Assembly: GCA_045534095.1 (NCBI GenBank)
Contig: JAZSJA010000002.1
Span: 1 to 52,477 of the forward strand
Origin: Acutalibacteraceae bacterium
Lineage (GTDB): Bacteria > Bacillota > Clostridia > Oscillospirales > Acutalibacteraceae
DNA length: 52,477 nt
Direction: 5' to 3'
This document shows positions 43,958 through 52,031 of this stretch, piece by piece. The notes below the pieces were generated by a model. That model did no database searches. It was given only the letters and a program-made list of their open reading frames with translations, and was not told the DNA's origin. Numbering within the stretch: the first letter of the stretch is position 1; every line of letters starts with the position of its first letter. Both the position numbers and the translations under genes were made by a program.

Positions 43958-45904
43958 GTGAATTACAAAGTGGAGTACAAAGTACAAAATCTTATGGAAG
44001 CTGCACCTTTGGGTAATTGTTTTTTAGAGGGCGAGATAGGTGCACGTTTTGATCGCTTTATTTATGAACGTGTAAATGGTAAATTTGCCGTAGAAAACAT
44101 TCTGCGTGAGGCAGAAGAGTACTTTGCAACTCAGTATGATGATATATATACTCTAGGGTATTGGAGAAGTGAGTTTTGGGGCAAACTTATGCTTAGTGCC
44201 GTAAGATGCGCCAGATATAATAACGATACCGGTTTAAAAGAAGATATTATAAAATCTTGTTATAAAATACTGTCATTCCAAAGGGAGGATGGTTACCTTT
44301 CTACCTACAGAAATTCAGATAATATTTATCCTGTAGATACGGTTAAATCTGCATTTTATTCGGGGTGGGAGGCTAACTACTGTTGGAATATTTGGGGAAT
44401 GAAATATACCCTTTGGGCACTTATTGAAGCCTACTCTTTTTTAGATGATAAAAAAATATTAGCAGGTGCTATAAAGCTTGCTGATTGGATTGTAGCAAAA
44501 TTCCAAAAAGACGGCACTAGGGTTAAAGATAGTGGAGTTATGGATGGTATGCCATCCGATTCTATTTTAAAACCTATGCTTATTTTGTACAGAATTACAG
44601 GGGATGAAAAATATTTAATCTTTGGTGAAGATATTGTTAAAGAGTGGTCCAGAGAGGATAACGAACGCCCTAATCTTTTAAACAACGCTTTATCGGGTGT
44701 ATCTGTTCCAAATTGGTATGGCTTGGTTGATAAAAAACTTGCCGAAGACCACGATTTGGGTTCAGAGTGGGTTCCAAAAGCGTATGAAATGACAAGTTGT
44801 TTTGATGGAATAATTGAACTCTACCGCATAACGGGAAAGGAAGTTTTACTTAAAGCATCAAAGGCATTTTATGATATACTGCTTAAATATGAAAGTAATA
44901 TTTTAGGTTCGGTGGGGTATTGCGAGCGTTATCAAAATGCTGCTGAGTATGGCGATAGTGCTACCGAAATTTGCGACGTTTTACATTGGATGCGTCTTTG
45001 TTTTGAACTGTTTTCTTTAACGGGCGAAGCAAAATATATGGAATCCTTTGAAAAGGCTTTTGTAAATGCTTTTATGGCTGGTGTATATGCCGATGGCAGG
45101 AACAGTGCATTCTTCGTTCGTAGTGCAGGTAGGCATTTAACCGCAATCCCTCAGTGCGAATCTCGTTATCAGCATTGTTGCCTTAATAACGTTGGACGTG
45201 GCTTTACTAATGCAGCAGAAAGTGCAGTAACCAAGGGCGAAAAAGGTTATTACGTTAATCTGTTTACGCAAAGCTATGTGCGTTTTGATGATACCGAGAT
45301 ACGAGTTGGAGCAAATTATTTTGATTCCGGTTGGGTTGGCATTTCTGTAAGAAATCCTGAAAAAAACAAAAAACTTTACATAAGAATCCCACAGTGGAGC
45401 AAAACTACCCAAATTCGTGTTGGAATTGGCGATGAGGTGAAGGTGCCCTTGTGTGGGGACTATTATGAGGTGGATTTAAACCCCGATACAACCATTATGA
45501 AAATCCGCTTTGATATGTCAGTTCAGGTTATAAACTGTGAGTGGCAGGAAATAGAGGATAGCGATTATCATATTCACCGTTGGAGAGATGGCGTATACGG
45601 ACTTTGCAATAAAGAAAGTATGCTAAGTTGTTCTAAAATCGCATTGCGTCGTGGCCCCGTAATTCTTGCAAGAACTAAAAAGTTTGGTGCTGTGGAGGAT
45701 GATATGTTCGGGCGCGAAACCCTTTATGGCAAAAATATTGAAGCTATATGGGCACCGCACATTCAAAATAATAGCGGTACACTTGTTACAACAAGGGTTT
45801 TTATAACGGTAGATGGCGAGAAAAAGGAATACGTAATGTGTGACTTTGCCTCAGCAGGTAACTTAGATTCCACCGACCCAAAATTATTTTCGGTTTATAT
45901 TTGA
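43958..45904 (+). CDS. GH127-type (DUF1680) glycoside hydrolase, paralogue 2
   Basis: FWGKLMLS and YEMTSCFDG are present. EIC (ATEICDV) and CC (YQHCCLNN) sit at the HypBA1 zinc/nucleophile positions. GTG start, no signal peptide. Confidence 0.8.
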   Translation: MNYKVEYKVQNLMEAAPLGNCFLEGEIGARFDRFIYERVNGKFAVENILREAEEYFATQYDDIYTLGYWRSEFWGKLMLSAVRCARYNNDTGLKEDIIKSCYKILSFQREDGYLSTYRNSDNIYPVDTVKSAFYSGWEANYCWNIWGMKYTLWALIEAYSFLDDKKILAGAIKLADWIVAKFQKDGTRVKDSGVMDGMPSDSILKPMLILYRITGDEKYLIFGEDIVKEWSREDNERPNLLNNALSGVSVPNWYGLVDKKLAEDHDLGSEWVPKAYEMTSCFDGIIELYRITGKEVLLKASKAFYDILLKYESNILGSVGYCERYQNAAEYGDSATEICDVLHWMRLCFELFSLTGEAKYMESFEKAFVNAFMAGVYADGRNSAFFVRSAGRHLTAIPQCESRYQHCCLNNVGRGFTNAAESAVTKGEKGYYVNLFTQSYVRFDDTEIRVGANYFDSGWVGISVRNPEKNKKLYIRIPQWSKTTQIRVGIGDEVKVPLCGDYYEVDLNPDTTIMKIRFDMSVQVINCEWQEIEDSDYHIHRWRDGVYGLCNKESMLSCSKIALRRGPVILARTKKFGAVEDDMFGRETLYGKNIEAIWAPHIQNNSGTLVTTRVFITVDGEKKEYVMCDFASAGNLDSTDPKLFSVYI

Positions 45905-45998
45905 TAACTCGTATTTGTTTTGTTACAAATTTTTAGTAATAAAATGTACTTGTCAAAGAAACCCAATAAGGCTAAAAAATAAAGAGGAATGTTGTTAA

Positions 45999-46254
45999 AT
46001 GGTAAATTATCTTATTTTTGATGATGAAATAACGTTATATTGGGAAAAAGCCCTTTGGTTTTGAGGTTATTGATATAAGACTTGGCGGCTTAAAGCAAAG
46101 GCTTATTCATTGCCGCGAGGTCTTAGAGCAGTTTGATAGGGGAGAAATCAACCAAATTGAGGAGCTTGAGGTTGAAATTATTGAAACGGGCAAAGGCTCA
46201 CAAATCAATGAATGGATGCACCTTGTTACTGCGAACTATATGGAAAAATTATAA
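45999..46254 (+). pseudogene. Decayed or frameshifted small ORF (possible remnant of a larger gene)
   Basis: AGAGGAAT RBS and an ATG at 45999 give MVNYLIFDDEITLYWEKALWF-stop. A +1 shift at the GGGAAAAAGCC run continues as KKPFGFEVIDIRLGGLKQRLIHCREVLEQFDRGEINQIEELEVEIIETGKGSQINEWMHLVTANYMEKL-stop at 46254. Confidence 0.3.
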
Positions 46255-46270
46255 TTTAAAATTATTCAGT

Positions 46271-46308
46271 AAAAAGCTACAATCCAATTTTCAGGATTGT
46301 AGCTTTTT
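46271..46308. terminator. Bidirectional terminator
   Basis: 15-bp perfect arms, AAAAAGCTACAATCC / GGATTGTAGCTTTTT, abut the araC-family stop codon. Confidence 0.8.
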
Positions 46309-47103
46309 TTAACGTGAAATAAATTTTTCAATATATTTTTTTGGTGTTGTTCCCATATATCTTTTGAATGCGTAACAAAAATAGCTTTGTGATGAAAAAC
46401 CACATTCAAAGGCAATTTCCGAAAATGATAAATTCGTTGTAACCAAAAGGTCGCAGGCTTTTTTTATTCGTCTTTCTTCAACAAAAACACGCGGAGTTTT
46501 GTGCATAACCGTTTTAAATATATTATGAAAATGTATTGGGCTGATTGAAAATTTGTTTGCAAGACTTTCCAGACTTAAATCTTCGGTTAGATTATCCTTA
46601 ATGTATTTTACGGTTTTTTTTATAATTTCGGTTTGCCTTGAGCTTGATGCCTCAAAAAAATGTGCAGGTATTTCATTTGAGTCACATTTTAAATTATATA
46701 TGAGCTTTAACAGTAAGCTTTCAAGCATAATTTTGCTTTCGTAGGAGTTTATGTTAAAATACTTTTCTGCCTCTAAAAATATATTTTTGTAAAGCTCTGT
46801 GTTTTCTACGGTAAAGGTATCGGGCAGAGTCAAAAGGTTGTTGTAAAGCTTTTCGTTTTTTGTATCAAAATTTATACTGTAAAATCTTGAAATAGGGGAA
46901 AGACCCAGCTTTTGTTTTGGCTTTAAGCATAAAACTGTGTTTTTAAGTATAGGAATTTCTTTATCGTTAATTGTTGCGTAATAGCCACTGTTTTCACAAA
47001 AGAAATCTAATTCAAACATTATTACAGGGCGCTCTTTATCAATGTAATCCTTATTTGCTTTTGTTATGTAGTTATAACCTACGTAATCAAATTCTGCTAA
47101 CAT
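46309..47103 (-). CDS. AraC-family transcriptional regulator (cupin-like sensor plus two HTH_18 motifs)
   Basis: The C-terminal SLESLANKFSISPIHFHNIFK...LSFSEIAFECGFSSQSYFCYAFKRYMGTTPKKY is the AraC/XylS signature. It is divergent from the dockerin gene. Confidence 0.9.
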   Translation of the reverse strand: MLAEFDYVGYNYITKANKDYIDKERPVIMFELDFFCENSGYYATINDKEIPILKNTVLCLKPKQKLGLSPISRFYSINFDTKNEKLYNNLLTLPDTFTVENTELYKNIFLEAEKYFNINSYESKIMLESLLLKLIYNLKCDSNEIPAHFFEASSSRQTEIIKKTVKYIKDNLTEDLSLESLANKFSISPIHFHNIFKTVMHKTPRVFVEERRIKKACDLLVTTNLSFSEIAFECGFSSQSYFCYAFKRYMGTTPKKYIEKFISR

Positions 47104-47220
47104 AAGTATTCACCCCTATAAGATTTCTAAAAAAATGAGTAATTTTTCATATATATTTTTGATATATTTTATGATATCATATAATAAAGAAAATATCAAT
47201 TATTTTAAGGAGAGAATTTT

Positions 47221-50200
47221 ATGAAAAAAATACTTAGCGCATTTTTAACGTTTGTTCTACTGCTTACTACCGTTTTTTCGGTAAGTGTTTTTCCTGCTTC
47301 GGCAAGCTCTGCCAATGATTATTTGAATAATTATAAAAATTGGCAGATGTTTTGGGCGAACGGCGAAAAGGAGATACCGGGATACGACAGTAACGGTGAT
47401 GGAAAAAACAGTAAAAACGATACCAGCGTTCACGATAATAGTAACGAGGTTGTTACCATTAAACTCGATACAACTTATGGCAGAACCGATAATTCTTCCA
47501 TTCAGCTTGCAGGTTATTATAATTATCACTATATTATGTTGCCTGATATTAAGCAGAACAGAAATTACACCCTTACCTTCTATTATAGCGGTGAAGCTAA
47601 AAAAAGCGGTCAGGATTGGCTTATAAATCAAATGTATTTATTTGCTCCCACCGTTACCGATGCAAAATTAAGCTATAATACAAACGGTTCCCTCTATGCG
47701 GTAGGTACAAACTATGGTTTTACCACTCCCGACGGCTTGTACGCTAATAAAACGGGTATTACAGACAGAACCGTTTCGGCTACTGCAGATAAAGGCAATT
47801 GGAATAAGGTAGAAATAACCTTTAATTCAGGAAATCTTACTACCTTGGCGCTTGTTTTGCTTTTAAACGGAACTCAGGCAGAGCCCACTACCTGCAAGCG
47901 TTGGATTGACGACATTTCTCTTGTTGAGCAAAATCAGAGCAACGATGTTTCATTATGGACGGTATACGACAGTAATTCTCCAACCATTGGTGGCAGTAGT
48001 GCTACGTTTGCTACTTGGGTAGGTAAGGAGTACAATACTACAGATACCGATAATATCTACCCAGGACAGAAAGGTTCAATCCATTTTTCAAATGCCAAAT
48101 ACCAAAAGCCTGCCACTACCTTTAGTGTTGATAAGAACTTAGATTACGTTTTAAGCATAAAATACAAATCCCCCAATACCCCTATTACTTCAAATGAAAA
48201 TAAAACCTATCACATAACCAATATGGCGGTGTTGCCCGTAGGCGGTTCTGCCAAGGTTTCAACCACAAGTGACAGAGGTGACGTAATTTCCGCAAAGGCA
48301 TATAATTTTGGTTTTAAAAATAAAGCCGAAGGCAACGATTATAAATATATTACGGCTATTGACCCCGAAAAGCCCAACGATTGGTATGAGCTTACCCTTG
48401 AATTCAATTCGGGCGATAACAGAGAGCTTGCTTTCTTTATGGCTATTGGTGTAGCTGACGTTTACGTTACCGATTTTGAGGTTACTAAGGTTGGCGGCAA
48501 TTCCGAGCCTGAACAACCTGAAATCCCCGAAGATTCTATTTTATACGAGAATTTTGAAAACATTTCCGACCCCACAACCGTTATTAACAATTCAACAAAT
48601 GAAGATTGGTCAAAACCAAAGCTTTGTACCACCGATTCGGTTTCGGGTGATAAGTGCATCAGCGCTTATGCAATGTATCAGAATATTATAATTCCTATGG
48701 ATAAAACTCTTTTCACTGACGGTGAAATTTATGAATTTTCATTGAATTGGAAATTGAAAGCATATACCTCTGATAAAACACGTACTTTAACAGCCGTACA
48801 GTTGGTTGGTTGGAATCCAAGTCAGGTTGATAAATTTAAAGGTAATTACACAAGTCTTTCAGGCTCGTTTAGTAGTATCAAGGCAACCGGCAATTGGGAG
48901 AATACCGCAATACGCTTTAAATGGTTAAGCTCTTTTGAAGAATATGAGCAGATTTGCATAAGAATTGATTATTCTACCTCCGGTACTTATTCCTCCGCAG
49001 AGGATACCATTTATATTGATGATTTAATGCTTACCAAAGCAGAAAATCAGGTATTTATTCCTCTTGAATTAAATGAAGAGCCCAGAACAGAAGATACCAT
49101 TAAGGTGCTTGCCTTTGGTAACAGCTTCTCTAACGACGGTACCGCATTCATTGATGATATTGCTAAGGCAGACGGTAAGGATATCCGCGTTGCTGATTGC
49201 TCTATCGGCGGTTGCTCCTTAGAGCGTCATTACGGTAATATAAGCAACGGCACTTCTGATTATTCCTTTAATTACAGAACCGTTACGGGTACAAAAGGCT
49301 TTTCAAACGTTAGTATGAAGCAAGCCTTAGCCGCCTCCGATTGGGATTACATTACCATTCAGCAGGTAAGTGGTCTTAGCGGTAAACCCGAAACCTTTGA
49401 GCCTTATTTAAAAGAGCTTATTGCCTACTTTAAAGAAATCTGCCCCGATGCAGAAATTCTTTTCCACGCAACTTGGGCTTATGCTCAAAACAGTACGCAT
49501 CAGGATTTCCCAAATTATAATAGCTCTCAGTCCCAAATGCACGAGGCTATTGAAGATACCTATTTGCAGATTTCGCAGAATTACGGATTTGCCCGCCTTA
49601 TTCCCACAGGTGAAGCAATCCGCAGAGCAAGAGCTACCACAATGGGCGATAATTTCAACCGCGACGGATACCATCTTAACGATAAGGGTCGTTTGGTTGC
49701 CGCTCTTACCTGGTATGAAACCTTTACGGGTATTTCTGCGCTTGATGCTAAAGTGGATTTAGCAAGCGTAATCGGTACTGTGGGTGATACAAACGGTGTT
49801 GCTATCGGTGTTACCGAAGAAGAAAGCCTTTTAATGCGTACCGCCGCTCACGAAGCCGCCGCACTCTTTAAAAAGGCAAATGAAACTCAGCTTGCTATTG
49901 AAGCAATCGGCACCGTAACCGAAGAAAGCGGCGAAGCAATCACAAAAGCAAATGCTCTCCGCAAAGAACTGGATGATGATGAACTCTTGCCCAATTTGCA
50001 GACCCTTCTTGATGCAAATGAAGCCTATGCCGAATTTGCCCCTGTTAAAACGGGTGACGCAAACGGTGACAATACAGTTAATCCGGAAGACGTGAACAGA
50101 TTGGCTCAGCATCTTGCAGGCTGGGATGTTGAAGTCAACGAACAAACTCTTGATACAGACGGTAATGGCACGGTAGATCTTAAAGACCTTGTTTTGCTTG

Positions 50201-50241
50201 CGCAGTTTGTAGCGGGTTGGGACGTTAAGCTCGGAGCTTAA
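47221..50241 (+). CDS. Secreted cellulosomal protein: signal peptide, three CBM-like beta-sandwich modules, an SGNH/DUF4886-type esterase and a type-I dockerin
   Basis: AAGGAGAG RBS and a signal peptide ending in PASASS. Three modules end in WIDDISLVE, VYVTDFEVTKV and IYIDDLMLTKA. The esterase block I is KVLAFGNSFSNDG and block V is RDGYHLND. A C-terminal dockerin is present. Confidence 0.8.
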   Translation: MKKILSAFLTFVLLLTTVFSVSVFPASASSANDYLNNYKNWQMFWANGEKEIPGYDSNGDGKNSKNDTSVHDNSNEVVTIKLDTTYGRTDNSSIQLAGYYNYHYIMLPDIKQNRNYTLTFYYSGEAKKSGQDWLINQMYLFAPTVTDAKLSYNTNGSLYAVGTNYGFTTPDGLYANKTGITDRTVSATADKGNWNKVEITFNSGNLTTLALVLLLNGTQAEPTTCKRWIDDISLVEQNQSNDVSLWTVYDSNSPTIGGSSATFATWVGKEYNTTDTDNIYPGQKGSIHFSNAKYQKPATTFSVDKNLDYVLSIKYKSPNTPITSNENKTYHITNMAVLPVGGSAKVSTTSDRGDVISAKAYNFGFKNKAEGNDYKYITAIDPEKPNDWYELTLEFNSGDNRELAFFMAIGVADVYVTDFEVTKVGGNSEPEQPEIPEDSILYENFENISDPTTVINNSTNEDWSKPKLCTTDSVSGDKCISAYAMYQNIIIPMDKTLFTDGEIYEFSLNWKLKAYTSDKTRTLTAVQLVGWNPSQVDKFKGNYTSLSGSFSSIKATGNWENTAIRFKWLSSFEEYEQICIRIDYSTSGTYSSAEDTIYIDDLMLTKAENQVFIPLELNEEPRTEDTIKVLAFGNSFSNDGTAFIDDIAKADGKDIRVADCSIGGCSLERHYGNISNGTSDYSFNYRTVTGTKGFSNVSMKQALAASDWDYITIQQVSGLSGKPETFEPYLKELIAYFKEICPDAEILFHATWAYAQNSTHQDFPNYNSSQSQMHEAIEDTYLQISQNYGFARLIPTGEAIRRARATTMGDNFNRDGYHLNDKGRLVAALTWYETFTGISALDAKVDLASVIGTVGDTNGVAIGVTEEESLLMRTAAHEAAALFKKANETQLAIEAIGTVTEESGEAITKANALRKELDDDELLPNLQTLLDANEAYAEFAPVKTGDANGDNTVNPEDVNRLAQHLAGWDVEVNEQTLDTDGNGTVDLKDLVLLAQFVAGWDVKLGA
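50053..50238 (+). other. Type-I dockerin module (two Ca2+-binding EF-hand-like repeats)
   Basis: GDANGDNTVNPEDVNRLAQHLAG and DTDGNGTVDLKDLVLLAQFVAG form the classical duplicated dockerin segment. Confidence 0.85.
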
Positions 50242-50251
50242 ACCTAAAATT

Positions 50252-50316
50252 AAAAACACAAAGATAATATGCCCATGCTTCTATATGAAGTGTGGGCATA
50301 TTATCTTTGTGTTTTT
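50252..50316. terminator. Unusually long perfect hairpin (24-bp arms) acting as a bidirectional terminator
   Basis: AAAAACACAAAGATAATATGCCCA (50252-50275) pairs with TGGGCATATTATCTTTGTGTTTTT (50293-50316). The 17-nt loop has an inner CTTC/GAAG helix. Confidence 0.75.
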
Positions 50317-50433
50317 TTATTTTTCTATAAAGTTTTTAATATATTTTTTTGGTGTAGTTCCCGTATAGCGTTTAAATGCATAGCAAAAGTAGCTTTGTGA
50401 AGTAAAACCACATTCATAGGCAATTTCGGAAAG
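50317..50433 (-). pseudogene. 3'-terminal fragment of a second AraC-family gene (paralogue of 46309-47103)
   Basis: The reverse complement reads LSEIAYECGFTSQSYFCYAFKRYTGTTPKKYIKNFIEK-stop, which parallels LSFSEIAFECGFSSQSYFCYAFKRYMGTTPKKYIEKFISR-stop of the intact gene. The remaining ~225 codons are missing. Confidence 0.75.
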
Positions 50434-50435
50434 AT

Positions 50436-50855
50436 GACGTTACCACAACTGCAGTTCGCCTTAAAATAACCAAAGCCGCAATGAACCCAATTTTAAAATA
50501 TTTTGGCCTTTATGTTATGAATAAAAACTATTTTCCAAAACCAAAGCCTGAGTATTATCAAAAAGAACTTACCAAACTTCCAACCGCTAAAATCACAAAG
50601 GTTGAAGATGGCTTTGAGGTTGATTTCGGCGGAATTTACACCTTTAGTAGATTTGTTTTTGTATCGGACGGTGTTCCAAAATATGAAATTTTTGCCTTTG
50701 ACGGTCAGGAATATCAATCGATTTACAAGGGTGAAAACCCATCAACAGTAGAGGTTTGTTTCTTTAAACCTGTAGACTATGCTTACAAACTTAAACTCGC
50801 TTTATACGATTGTGAAATCGGCGATGACCGAAGCATAAGCGTAATGTACGAATAA
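50436..50855 (+). pseudogene. C-terminal fragment of a larger protein (discoidin/F5-8-type-C-like ending, probably from a glycosidase)
   Basis: The reading frame is open upstream of the annotated ATG (50481) and reads DVTTTAVRLKITKAAMNPILKYFGLY, which looks like the last strands of a galactose-binding-like domain. A second similar module follows. There is no RBS, and the frame abuts the AraC fragment. Confidence 0.35.
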
Positions 50856-50880
50856 ATATATAGCAAAAGGCGTGTTTAAA

Positions 50881-51084
50881 ATGACAGAATCTATTTGGAA
50901 CGGATTTAAGCGTATAGATTTTACTTTTGAGGGAAGAGAAGCAATTTTTGTATTTCCAAAGGAGCCCAATCAAAATAAGAACTGGTTATTCAAAACTGAA
51001 TATTTTGGCGCTTTCCCAAATTTTGAAATTGAAATGTTAAAACGCGGTTGGCACCTCGCCTTTGTAAAAAACAAAACACGTTAG
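50881..51084 (+). pseudogene. N-terminal fragment (67 aa) of a larger protein, possibly an esterase-like alpha/beta hydrolase
   Basis: MTESIWNGFKRIDFTFEGREAIFVFPKEPNQNKNWLFKTEYFGAFPNFEIEMLKRGWHLAFVKN then stops at TAG. The same frame continues into unrelated transposase-like sequence. The family call is from memory only. Confidence 0.3.
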
Positions 51085-51216
51085 TGCCTTGATGAAGATC
51101 TTGATTTAAAAAAGCGCTTTTCAATATGGCAAAAATCTTATAATGATCATATTATTCGTGGTTTAGATGATTATAAAAATATTTGGGAATATATTGAAAA
51201 TAATCCTTTAAAATAA
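51085..51216 (+). mobile_element. C-terminal remnant of an IS200/IS605-type Y1 (RayT/REP-associated tyrosine transposase-like) gene
   Basis: Translation gives ...KKRFSIWQKSYNDHIIRGLDDYKNIWEYIENNPLK-stop. The WQ[KR]S[YF]xDHIIR...Y..IW.YI..NP pattern is the conserved C-terminus of RayT-like proteins. The catalytic HUH and Tyr regions are missing. Confidence 0.55.
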
Positions 51217-51220
51217 TAAC

Positions 51221-51243
51221 GGGCGAGCAATGCTCGCCCCTAC
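51221..51243 (-). repeat. REP-like element 1: GTAG plus a 9-bp-arm palindrome (read on the minus strand)
   Basis: Plus strand GGGCGAGCA-A-TGCTCGCCC-CTAC. Minus strand GTAG-GGGCGAGCA-T-TGCTCGCCC. It lies 4 nt after the transposase remnant stop. Confidence 0.55.
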
Positions 51244-51261
51244 GAAGAAAATCAAGGTAAT

Positions 51262-51299
51262 ATGTAAAACAGGCATCATCCAAAACGGACGATGCCTGT
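51262..51299 (-). terminator. Hairpin terminator for a minus-strand gene fragment
   Basis: ACAGGCATC-(13 nt)-GATGCCTGT. On the minus strand it is followed by TTTTAC. Confidence 0.45.
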
Positions 51300-51334
51300 A
51301 AATTTTTAATAATCAAGAATTATTTGTTGTTTGC

Positions 51335-51358
51335 GGTCGATTCACGAATCGACCCTAC
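51335..51358 (-). repeat. REP-like element 2: GTAG plus a 9-bp-arm palindrome (read on the minus strand)
   Basis: Plus strand GGTCGATTC-AC-GAATCGACC-CTAC. It has the same architecture and orientation as element 1 but a different stem sequence. Confidence 0.55.
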
Positions 51359-51473
51359 AAAATCCGCATAAATCCTTATTTATTAAGTGCCTCGTTAACT
51401 GCAACTGCTGGGGCAACCTTATTTTTGACAACATACATTTGAATGTCGTGAGCTTTACAATATTCTTTTAACT

Positions 51474-51816
51474 TGACTCCTTCTTTAAAGGAAATATAAA
51501 ACTTATTAATGATTTCATATTAGCTATAGCAGAAGAACAAATAAAAGCTGCCTTCGACCAGGCGGAAAAAGAAGTTACCGACTTGCATACACGTATTAGC
51601 CAAGGCATTAGAGAAGCTAAGAAAAACGGTACACAAATCGGACTTATCAAAGGAACAACCCTGACAACTGATAAGTCCGTAAAATGTAAGGAAATAGTAA
51701 AAAAGCATGCCCTCAACTTCGGGGGCACACTTAACGATACGGAAGTAATGACACTCTGTAAGATTTCAAGAAATTCGTATTACAAGTACAAACGAGAACT
51801 AAAGGAGGAATTATAA
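51474..51816 (+). pseudogene. Truncated small serine recombinase (resolvase/invertase): helix-E region plus C-terminal HTH only
   Basis: The open frame from 51474 reads LDSFFKGNIKLINDFILAIAEEQIKAAFDQAEKEVTDLHTRISQGIREAKKNGTQIG... AAFDQAEKEVTDLHTRISQGIREAKKNG aligns with the resolvase consensus AxFERExIxERxxEGIxxAKxxG. The C-terminal LCKISRNSYYKYKRELK is an HTH_7-like motif. The catalytic Ser domain (about 90-100 aa) is absent, and a stop codon lies immediately upstream. Confidence 0.5.
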
Positions 51817-52004
51817 TGGGCGGAAATTTAGGACCGACAAAAACCTGGAAGGTTACATATTACCCCAAGACACTTAATGGTGGTGTGATGGGCGTGGCTT
51901 TGGTTGAGGCTGATACAAAGCATTGGGCTATGCACACTTTTCAACAATTATATGCTGGTCAATATCATACTATCGACAAGTGCGAAGAACTATTTAAACA
52001 ATAA
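51816..52004 (+). CDS. Hypothetical small protein (62 aa)
   Basis: The ATG overlaps the preceding stop (TAATG), with AAGGAGGAA 6 nt upstream. No recognisable family. Confidence 0.55.
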   Translation: MGGNLGPTKTWKVTYYPKTLNGGVMGVALVEADTKHWAMHTFQQLYAGQYHTIDKCEELFKQ

Positions 52005-52031
52005 ACATTTATTAGTTATGGAGGAAGAACT

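Noticed and set aside
51082-51087. In-frame TAG between the 67-aa fragment and the RayT-like tail, considered as possible stop-codon read-through or pyrrolysine
   Set aside because: The two halves belong to unrelated protein families and both are truncated. A fusion of fragments by deletion is far more parsimonious, and no pyl genes are in the window.
51376-51519. Minus-strand open frame ...KEYCKAHDIQMYVVKNKVAPAVAVNEALNK-stop as a real small gene
   Set aside because: It has no start codon with an RBS apart from an internal ATG giving 19 aa. It overlaps the recombinase fragment and is best read as another orphan C-terminal gene fragment, as noted in the gene-graveyard finding.
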